From an uncultured Nitrososphaerales archaeon (lineage in GTDB: Archaea; Thermoproteota; Nitrososphaeria; Nitrososphaerales; Nitrososphaeraceae), in the NCBI GenBank assembly GCA_963709405.1, contig CAVPXM010000055.1:192001-256000 (forward strand): a stretch of DNA of 64,000 nucleotides, given 5' to 3'. This document shows positions 55,536-64,000 of this stretch, in pieces. The notes under the pieces are model-generated. The model was not told where the DNA came from and searched no databases. It saw nothing but the letters and a program-made list of their open reading frames with translations. Both the position numbers and the translations under genes were made by a program. Positions within the stretch are counted from its first letter, which is position 1, and every line of letters begins with the position of its first letter.

Positions 55536-56399
55536 TCATCGTTTTTCGACACTTGCTGTATTAGTTGAGACCTCTTTTATTATTTCATATTTAGACCTAT
55601 ATCCTCTTGGGTTAATCATCATGTTGTTATAGTGAAAGGTCGAAGAATTTCCCACTATTACAGTAGTAATCATACCAAGCATTTCCTGGTGTTCTAACAT
55701 TTTGTTCAAGGTAGTGAGAACTACAGCCTGGCTCTCGCGATATGCTCCTTTAACTATGGCAACAGGAGTATCAGGTTTTCGATACTTCAGGAAGATATCC
55801 CTAGTGTCTCTCAATTGATGAACTCTCTTTTTGCTCGCTGGATTGTAGATTACTGTGACGTAATCCCCTAAAGCTCCGGCCTCAACCCTCTTTACAATTA
55901 TATCCCAAGGAACGAGAAGATCACTCATACTCACAACTGCAAAATCCGTCATTAATGGGGATCCTACCAGTGCTGCGCATGAATTTAAGGAGGAAACACC
56001 GGGTACGCACTCCAGATATATCCCTTCTCCACTCTTCCATCCCTTTTCAGCCAATATCTCGTAGATTAGTCCAACCATTCCATAGATACCCGGGTCGCCG
56101 GAGGATACAAGCGAAACGACCTTGCCTTTTTCAGCGAACTGAATTGCCTGATTTGCTCTGTCTACTTCCTGAGTCATTGCATACCGATAGACTTCCTTTC
56201 CTACAATTAGATTGTCTATCAGAGAAACGTAAGTATCGTACCCAATAATAATATCACTTTCCTCTATCACTTGGTTTGCTCTAAATGTCATGTGATCATG
56301 ATGGCCCGGGCCTAAACCTACGATATATAATTTTCCTGCATTCAATCTAGCCATTTTCATCCATGGAATAGCATTTATCTTTTTCTTGGATGAATACAA
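55536..56399 (-). CDS. cbiH: Precorrin-3B C17-methyltransferase
   Basis: LYIVGLGPG, VSSGDPGIYGM, PGVSS, YNPASK and MINPRGY motifs. The true start is likely an internal Met near 56360. Confidence 0.93.
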   Translation of the reverse strand: MYSSKKKINAIPWMKMARLNAGKLYIVGLGPGHHDHMTFRANQVIEESDIIIGYDTYVSLIDNLIVGKEVYRYAMTQEVDRANQAIQFAEKGKVVSLVSSGDPGIYGMVGLIYEILAEKGWKSGEGIYLECVPGVSSLNSCAALVGSPLMTDFAVVSMSDLLVPWDIIVKRVEAGALGDYVTVIYNPASKKRVHQLRDTRDIFLKYRKPDTPVAIVKGAYRESQAVVLTTLNKMLEHQEMLGMITTVIVGNSSTFHYNNMMINPRGYRSKYEIIKEVSTNTASVEKR

Positions 56400-56464
56400 G
56401 ACGAACGCTTCGTAGCCGTCAATTCCATATGCAAAAGCTTTGATAGATTTAAATGCCTAGTCTG

Positions 56465-57890
56465 TTACGAGAGTTCAAATTCCCTATGTAAGGCTTTGAC
56501 CGCGTCTTCACAATCCTTGTTATTTACAACTAACGCGAGATTTAGCTCTGAGTATCCCTGCGTTATCATTATTACATTTATATCTCTTTTTGCAATCGCA
56601 CCAAATACCTTTGCAGCAACTCCCTTTATACCACGCATTCCTGATCCGACTACTGCTATAACCGCAACGTCATCGTTTACATTTACTTTTTTAATAACCT
56701 TGCCCAATAGATTAAGTTCCAATATATTTACCGCCCTGTCCAAAACATTTTTTCTTACAACCATAGATATACTTGATTCTGATGGACTTTGAGATATCAT
56801 CATGATATTTACCCTGTTCTTTGCAAGTGTATCAAAGATTTTAGCAGCTGTTCCAGGTGCTCCAACCATGCCGCCTCCCGCCGACGTCAATTAATGCTGT
56901 GTTTCTGATCGTATTAATCGATTTCACAATTTTTTGAGACTGGTTACTTGGGTCAGCGGTGATAAGCGTCCCAACGTTCTGCGGATTGAAAGCGTTACGA
57001 ATCCTGACCGGTATCTTTGCCTCTATAGCGGGCTCGAGGGCTCTGGGATGTATATACTTCGCACCAAACAACGCCATTTCCATGGCCTCAGTAAATGAAA
57101 CCTCGTTTAAGACCCTGGCGTCCTCAACTATTTTTGGATCCGCCGTCATGAGACCATCTACATCGCTCCAGAGCCAGACCTCATCTGCTTTAATGCTCGA
57201 TCCGATTATTGTCGCACTATAATCTGAACCCCCACGTCCTAGGGTAGTGAAGCTTCCATTCTGATCCGTACCTATGAAACCAGTCACAACAGGAATAACA
57301 TCATCCTTTAGTAGAACCTCCAGCCTGTGAGATACTCGAAGTCTTGTTGTATCCATCAATGGAGTAGCTTCTCCAAAACTTGAATTTGTTAAAATTCCTA
57401 TATCCTTTGCTGTTAAAAATTGTGATTTTAATCCACGGTCTAGCAACGCAAAATGGACAATCGGAGTAGACAATCTTTCCCCAAAAGATAGAAGATAATC
57501 CATGGATTTTAGGGTAACTTCGGTCAATAAGACTAATCCCTCAAGAACAGCCTTAAGCTCGTCGAGGATTGGAAGAACCGTTGCTCGTGCCTGATTTTTC
57601 AGGTCATCTCTATTAATCCCATTCTCGATTAGTCCTAAGTGAGCAACTCGTGTCCGCTGAATAAAATCATAGGTCGGCTGCTTGAGCCCTTTTTTAATAT
57701 TCTCACAAACAGATAAAATATTATCGGTCATACCCCTTAAAGCGGAAATAACTACCACTATGTCATTATCATGGTTTGATCTGTCCGAAAGATCATTGCA
57801 GAATTTATATTTTCTTATTAATTCAGCGACATTATTAATCTTGTTGGCGGAGTCGATAGCAGATCCCCCAAACTTCATTACGACTCGCAT
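56465..57890 (-). CDS. lysC: Aspartate kinase, frameshift before the ACT domains
   Basis: VMKFGGS, GERLS, TTLGRGGSDYSA and DVDGLMTADP motifs. The ACT domains are in ORF 56465-56890. Confidence 0.93.
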
Positions 57891-58204
57891 ATGATACTTG
57901 GCTAAACCGTAGGTACTTGATGTCAAATAAAACACTTTCCTAAATAATGCCTGTGTACTACTAATATTCTTGAATTTAATTGCACGAACGTCGAAAGATA
58001 GTTCCTTCGGCCAATAACAAGAGCTTAGTAATTTGGAGAATACAGGAGAGGCTTCAGGCTGCAAGAATTTATAAATCTTACTTGGAAGTCCAATACATAA
58101 TCGTCCGTATCTCATTAGAATTCATTGTTCTTATTGTTTTACGCGAAGACAATCACAGCCTTATTATGACAGATATCAACTAACTAATTGTGTTCTGATT
58201 CCGT

Positions 58205-59464
58205 TGGTGTATAGAAAAAAGTTTTACCAAATGGATAGAGATGAAAGATTGCTTTTTCTTAAGAATGCGGCCAACCTTTCAGAAAGTCAAACCGAATTGC
58301 TCGTTAATCCTTATTCGAACTTTAGCTTTTGAGAAAGTTAACGGGATGATAGAAAATGCTATCGGAATCATACCAGTGCCACTTGGAATTGCGACCGATT
58401 TCTTGGTTAATGGTAAAGAATACATTGTACCGATGGCCACCGAGGAACCTTCGGTTATAGCTGCGAGTAGTAAGGCAGCTAAAATTGCGAGAAATACAGG
58501 AGGCTTCAATGCAAGTGCGGATGAATCGACGATGATTGGTCAGATACAACTTGTGTCTGTTTCCTTCCCCGAATCAGGAATGAAGGTGTTGTCAAATAAG
58601 GCAAGGCTTCTCTCCATTGCAAATAGCACAAGCAAATCAGTTAAGGCAATTGATGTAAATGTGAAATGGCTAGAGGACTTGACAAATAGCGGTGCCGGCA
58701 AGATGCTTATAGTAGAGATCGTTGTGAACACTGGCAATGCTATGGGCGCAAATGCAATAAACACAATGTGTGAAGCGGTGTCTCCAGAATTAGAGCAGAT
58801 AACACAGGGGAAGGCAGTTGTAAGGGTTCTTTCTAACTACGCAACACGACGACTTGTAAAGTGTAAAGCCACCTTTTGCAAGGAAGACCTAAGTGGTGAA
58901 AACATCGTTGATCGAATTCTTTATTCATACAGTTTTGCTTATTCTGACGTATATCGTGCGGTTACTCATAACAAAGGCATAATGAATGGAATTGATGCCC
59001 TTGCAATAGCAACAGGACAAGACTTTAGAGCCATAGAAGCTGCGGCTCATGCTTATGCTTGCAGAGATGGAACCTATCGATCAATGACTAAGTGGGAGAA
59101 GACAAGTAACGGCGATTTACGCGGAGAATTGGAATTGCCAATTGCAGTAGGAATCGTTGGAGGAATTACTAATGTTCACCCAATAGCCAAACTAGCACTA
59201 GAACTTTTGGGCGTAGAATCTAGTCAGACCCTTGCCATGGTTTTCTCAGCTGTAGGTCTGGCGCAGAACCTTTCGGCAATCTTGGCCTTGGCATCGGATG
59301 GCATTCAGAAGGGCCATATGAAGCTTCATGCAAAGAATTTAGCTATTTCTGCGGGTGCACGAGGCGATCAAATCGACATCATAGCAAACAAAATGACTCA
59401 AGAAGGCAGAATAAATGCATCGAGAGCGAAGGAAATTCTATTGTCGATTATCGAGCAGAGGTAA
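58205..59464 (+). CDS. HMG-CoA reductase, class II-like, N-terminal frameshift (start approximate)
   Basis: MIENAIG, PMATEEPSVIAA, AMGANAIN, THNKGIMNG, GQDFRAIEA and GIQKGHMKLH motifs. Confidence 0.92.
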   Translation, partial: WCIEKSFTKWIEMKDCFFLRMRPTFQKVKPNCSLILIRTLAFEKVNGMIENAIGIIPVPLGIATDFLVNGKEYIVPMATEEPSVIAASSKAAKIARNTGGFNASADESTMIGQIQLVSVSFPESGMKVLSNKARLLSIANSTSKSVKAIDVNVKWLEDLTNSGAGKMLIVEIVVNTGNAMGANAINTMCEAVSPELEQITQGKAVVRVLSNYATRRLVKCKATFCKEDLSGENIVDRILYSYSFAYSDVYRAVTHNKGIMNGIDALAIATGQDFRAIEAAAHAYACRDGTYRSMTKWEKTSNGDLRGELELPIAVGIVGGITNVHPIAKLALELLGVESSQTLAMVFSAVGLAQNLSAILALASDGIQKGHMKLHAKNLAISAGARGDQIDIIANKMTQEGRINASRAKEILLSIIEQR

Positions 59465-59565
59465 TATAACCTCATGTGTGGTTCACCCAATTGAGGGCAT
59501 AAATCAAAAAATTAATAAGTAAATATATACATTACCTCGATGACTTTACCTATTTATCTAACAAA

Positions 59566-60552
59566 ATGGCGACAATAAAGTTTGCTATTCCAAAAGGTAG
59601 CATCGAAGAGGCAACATACAAGATATTAGAACAGGCCTGGCAAACTATCACCGGCAGGGGCAGGACTTATCGCTTGAAGTTGAGTGATCCCGAAATAGAG
59701 GTTAAGATATTAAGACCGCAGGAAATACCAACCTACGTACAGGAAGGATTTTATGATGTAGGGATCACTGGAAGGGATTGGATAAATGAAGCAAAGGCAG
59801 ACGTAAGAATTCTTCTTGACTTGGAATACGGCCGTGTGAACCAGGTTCTCGCCATTCCAGAAAGTTTTCACGCTCAAAGCCTTTCGGAATTGATTAGTCA
59901 TTTTGTGAGTCAAAATAAACCCCTTAGAATATCCTCTGAATATCTTACCACGACGTCGTTCTACATAAAATCAAATTCAACTTATCAACAACACTTTGGC
60001 GATTTGGATCCGATGATAATAACACCGTGGTTACGAGTCGGACAGAATAAACAGGTGGAAATCTTCCTTTCGTTCGGCGCAACTGAAGCGAAACCCCCAG
60101 AAGATGTGGATGCAATCTTTGATATAACTGAGACCGGTACGACGTTAGGACGTAATAATCTGAAGATTATTGACACAGTGATGGAATCTACAGCAGTACT
60201 TGTTGCGAATAAGAATGCTCTCAAAGTTCCGCATAAGAGAGAGAAAATAGCAGATATGTGTGCTCTGCTTAAAGGCGTCGTAGAAGCACGTAAGAAATTG
60301 CACATTTTTGTTAATGTGAGAGAGGATAACATCAATCAGCTACTTGAGCGCCTTCCTGCTCTGAAAAAACCTACCATAAGCAAGTTAAGTGAAGATGGAT
60401 GGTACAGCGTGAATACCATCATAGAAAAAAACGAGTTTATCAAAATCGTCCCTAACTTGAGAGAATTAGCTCAAGGCTTGGTAGTTTTAGAACCGAGGCA
60501 GATTCTGTCTTTGGATCAGATAAATCTAGATAATTATGATCAAGAAAATTAG
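59566..60552 (+). CDS. hisG: ATP phosphoribosyltransferase (long form)
   Basis: FAIPKG, RPQEIP, DVGITG.D, GATE and DITETGTTL motifs. Confidence 0.95.
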   Translation: MATIKFAIPKGSIEEATYKILEQAWQTITGRGRTYRLKLSDPEIEVKILRPQEIPTYVQEGFYDVGITGRDWINEAKADVRILLDLEYGRVNQVLAIPESFHAQSLSELISHFVSQNKPLRISSEYLTTTSFYIKSNSTYQQHFGDLDPMIITPWLRVGQNKQVEIFLSFGATEAKPPEDVDAIFDITETGTTLGRNNLKIIDTVMESTAVLVANKNALKVPHKREKIADMCALLKGVVEARKKLHIFVNVREDNINQLLERLPALKKPTISKLSEDGWYSVNTIIEKNEFIKIVPNLRELAQGLVVLEPRQILSLDQINLDNYDQEN

Positions 60553-61842
60553 TGTTACTGATGTCAGTTCTGACGTTGCAAAGTTGCGAAACGCTGCCTA
60601 CAATTTACGTGGCGATACCAATCAGACGATAGACACCATCTTCAATGATGTCATTATTAACGGTGATACAGCCTTAATTAATTATACTGAAAAGTTTGAT
60701 AATACGAAAGTAAAGTCTTTAAGAATTTCAGAAGAAGACATCAGACAGGCGTATAGGAACGTCAGCAAGAAGCAAATTCAAGCATTAACGCTAATGAAAA
60801 AAAGAGTTGCCCAAACTGAAAGAATGTTGCTCAAGCGTTTAACGGGCAAGAGAATGCAGATATTGAATGATGGAATTTTTCTTCAAAAAATAATACGACC
60901 GCTTAGTAGTGTTGGATGCTACGTACCGGGCGGAAATGCCAGATATCCCAGCACATTAGTAATGTGTGCGGTCCCCGCCAGAATCGCTGGAGTTGAAAGA
61001 ATAGTCGCCATATCTCCACCAATGAGGGATGGGAATGTGGACCCACTGACTCTCGTGGCTGCTGATATATGTAATGTGGACGAGATTTATCGAGTAGGAG
61101 GAGTGCAGGGGATAGCTCGCTTTGGCATTCGGAACAAACACAATTAAGAAGGTTAACAAAATTGTAGGTCCAGGGGGAATGTTCGTTACCCTTGCTAAAA
61201 TTGGCAGCATCAAGACATGTGTCGATAGATATGATCGCCGGTCCTACAGAATTAGTAGTTTATTCTGATGAACATGGTAATTCAAAGTATATTGCTCGTG
61301 ACCTGATATCACAGGCTGAACACAGTGTTGACACGTTATGCGGGTTGGTAACGACTTCTAAAACCCTGGCTGATGATGTGGAATCCGAACTTGTTTCAAT
61401 TATTAACAGCAATCATGAACCGCTATCTAGGGCTGAAATAGTTAGAAAAAGTATAGGAGACAGAGGTTTTATTGCAATATGTAAAAACGAAGCTTTAGCA
61501 ATCGAGTTCATTAACGAACTTGCACCAGAACATCTACAAATACAAGGCAGGAATGAAAGAAGCCTAGCAAAGAGAATGACCTCAGCTGGGTTAATATTGA
61601 TAGGAGAATATACTCCTTCTTCTGCTAGCGATTATTTACTAGGTTCCGACCATGTGTTACCAACTTCTGGATTCGCTAAATCAAGAGGATCTCTATCAGT
61701 ATTGGACTTTATAAAAATCATCAATAAAGTAGAGTTATCAAGAAAAGGATTAGAAAAGGTAGGGCCTTTGTTGAAAGAGATCACATCCGCTGAAGGCTTG
61801 CTAAATCACTATGAGGCAGTTAAGGAAAGAACCAGCAGATGA
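60536..61842 (+). CDS. hisD: Histidinol dehydrogenase, frameshifted
   Basis: [34 protein letters not shown] and HVLPT across two ORFs. Confidence 0.93.
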
Positions 61843-62918
61843 CAAGCTGGTTTTCGAATAGGCTAGCTGAAATTTCCAAGCTCGAGGCTTATGTAAAGCC
61901 AAAAGTTACACCTGGATCATTGAAATTAGATGCTAATGAAAATTTAGTCATCGACAAGACTTTTCTAGACAGGATTGCATCTCAAGCATTAAAGAACGTA
62001 GATTTCCGTGAATATCCTATAGATCAGTTCGACGAACTTTATGATGGGCTTGGAAAATATCTTGGTATTGACAAGAAATATGTTGCTGTAGGTAATGGAT
62101 CAGATCAAATAATTGAGGCTCTGATATCCACATTAGCTAGAGGAAGAAGAGCTACCGTGTTTGCTCCTACGTTTTCCTATTTCACGAACAGATGTGATTT
62201 ACATAAAGTAAGTGTGACTACCGTACCGCTTAACAAAGTAGATAATTCCCTTAACAAATCAGACTTTGTAAGGAGTGCAAGAGAGTCCGATATAGTTTAC
62301 ATTTGTTCTCCTAATAATCCAACCGGTAACCAATTTGAAGTCAATCTAGTACTAGATATTGTAAATTCATTAGAGGATAAATTGTTCTTGTTAGATGAAG
62401 CCTATGTGGAATTCGCAAACTATTCCTTAATTTCCCATGTACGTAAACATAACAATCTAATAATATTGCGCACCCTTTCAAAAGCATTTGGACTAGCAGG
62501 AGCAAGGTTTGGTTATCTTGTTTCGAATGAAGAGATCTCAGAGATATTCCGATCGTATATTCAGTCACCTTATCCAATAAATAGTTTCTCCATAAAGATG
62601 GCAAGTCTTATGTTATCAAACGGTATATATATTTCGGATACAATTCAATTTATAAAAACTGAAAGGGATAGGGTATTCAACGAACTTTGCAAGCTGCAAG
62701 GTTTAAACGTTTACAGATCCGATGCAAATTTTATCTTTTTCGAATCGTACGGTAAGTATAACGAGATCCTTGAAGAATTAGCAAAGCGTGAAATACAAGT
62801 AAAAATGTTCGGAAATATTGGCAAATATGAGGGCTGTATCAGAGTTACGATAGGAACTCGCGAAATGAACGATATGTTTTTGGAATCAATCAGATCCACG
62901 TTAGAGAGAAATGACTGA
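61839..62918 (+). CDS. hisC: Histidinol-phosphate aminotransferase
   Basis: KLDANEN, GNGSD, SPNNPTG, DEAY and RTLSKAFGLAGAR motifs. Confidence 0.95.
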   Translation: MTSWFSNRLAEISKLEAYVKPKVTPGSLKLDANENLVIDKTFLDRIASQALKNVDFREYPIDQFDELYDGLGKYLGIDKKYVAVGNGSDQIIEALISTLARGRRATVFAPTFSYFTNRCDLHKVSVTTVPLNKVDNSLNKSDFVRSARESDIVYICSPNNPTGNQFEVNLVLDIVNSLEDKLFLLDEAYVEFANYSLISHVRKHNNLIILRTLSKAFGLAGARFGYLVSNEEISEIFRSYIQSPYPINSFSIKMASLMLSNGIYISDTIQFIKTERDRVFNELCKLQGLNVYRSDANFIFFESYGKYNEILEELAKREIQVKMFGNIGKYEGCIRVTIGTREMNDMFLESIRSTLERND

Positions 62919-62958
62919 GAAGTATCCGCATGTAGAAATACCCTTCTTTGTTTGGTGA

Positions 62959-63913
62959 GTGGTTGTGTTGCCGGATTGCATCATTTTTGATGTCGATGGG
63001 GTCTTGATAGACGTAAGGAAATCATATAACTTGGCTATCAAGAGTACTGTTGGATTTATCATTAATGAGATTAGTCCTAAATTGCACCTTACAAATTTTG
63101 TCACTGATAAAATAATTGCAGAGCTCAGACAAACCGGGGGCTTCAATAATGATGTCGATACGTGTTACGCCATTCTTCTGTCGGTACTTTCAAAGGAACA
63201 TCGTAATATCGATGATGCTAGAGAGTTTGTATCTCTAATGACAAAAAATCTTAATGGACTAGGCATAAAATATGTCGAAAAATACCTATCATCACATATA
63301 TCGGCCCACAGAGTTAGGGAGTACAAACATCTCTTAAACTATCCCTCATCAGTTGGCAAAAGCCAATTGACAACAGTATTTGACGAAATCTTCTATGGTC
63401 CCAGGTTATTTTTGAAACAACATAAGATTAAACCAAAGTATTATTTTGGTGCACCACTGATTGATAACGATATTACAATAATATCGGAGAAGACTGTGAG
63501 AAAGCTCTCAAAAATGTTTGACGGAAAGATCTCGATCGTGTCAGGGCGTAGCAAGCTGGCAGCGGAATATTCACTTAGTTCAATATCTGAATTCTTTAGT
63601 AAGAATGCTTGTGTTTATTTAGATGACGAATTAAGAAAACATGCCAAGCCTAACCCATACGCTATTTATAGGGCGAGCGAAGGCAATGTCTGCAAGAAGC
63701 GTCATATATGTCGGAGATTCGTTAGAAGACATATTAATGACCAGAAGGGCCAAAAATAGATATAATCTTGAAATGACCTTTATTGGAGCATACGCGTATG
63801 GTTTTGATCCTATGAGTACTATCCATCAGCTTATGAATAATGGTGCCGATGCCATAATAAAGACTGTGAATCAGTTACCGAATATGTTAAATAAAGTAAT
63901 TACAGAAGTTTGA
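62959..63913 (+). CDS. HAD-superfamily hydrolase in the his operon (probable histidinol-phosphate phosphatase), frameshifted
   Basis: FDVDGVLID, SGR and KPNP, with YVGDSLED in the next frame. Confidence 0.82.
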
Positions 63914-63918
63914 CACAT

Positions 63919-64000
63919 TTGACAGACTTGTCTTCCGATGCACGTAGAATTGCACGTCTAGTGCGAAATACCAATGAAACATCACTGCTCGTTGAAACAG
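63919..64000 (+). CDS. hisB: Imidazoleglycerol-phosphate dehydratase, partial 5' end
   Basis: Reads RRIARLVRNTNETSLLVE, matching the HisB N-terminal R.A...R.T.ET motif, and sits in the expected operon position. Confidence 0.75.
   Translation, partial: MTDLSSDARRIARLVRNTNETSLLVET

Noticed and set aside
56841-61213. Programmed frameshifting or true pseudogenes in lysC, HMGR and hisD
   Set aside because: The breaks lack a common slippery motif and occur window-wide in core genes, so sequencing error is more parsimonious.
1-64000. CRISPR array, rRNA, SRP RNA, RNase P RNA, cobalamin riboswitch near cbiH
   Set aside because: I saw no regularly spaced repeats or diagnostic motifs by eye. An Infernal scan would be needed to exclude these fully.

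Overview
The window is an archaeal chromosomal segment whose gene content and style point to a soil ammonia-oxidising archaeon (Nitrososphaerota, probably Nitrososphaeraceae). This assignment is inferred from the protein families, not from a search. The left arm is housekeeping: Sec61beta, aIF-1/SUI1, TFB, a peptide ABC transporter, JAMM protease, Nop5-fibrillarin-RNase HII-Trm1, MetF-like, Nudix, UbiD and Dps-like genes. The right arm is cbiH, lysC, HMG-CoA reductase and a hisG-hisD-hisC-HAD-hisB operon. The middle (about 20-55 kb) is largely accessory. It carries a MinD/ParA ATPase, three stand-alone receivers and a degenerate class III cyclase-receiver fusion. It also carries a B12/radical-SAM protein of the GDGT ring synthase (Grs) type, a protealysin-emfourin pair, an IS630 element and many small secreted proteins. 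A decayed ~2.9 kb element sits at the 3' end of tRNA-Val(TAC), bounded by a 23/27 direct repeat and carrying an integrase N-terminal remnant. Many conserved genes are broken by small indels, which most likely reflects long-read assembly error rather than real pseudogenisation. I saw no CRISPR array or rRNA.
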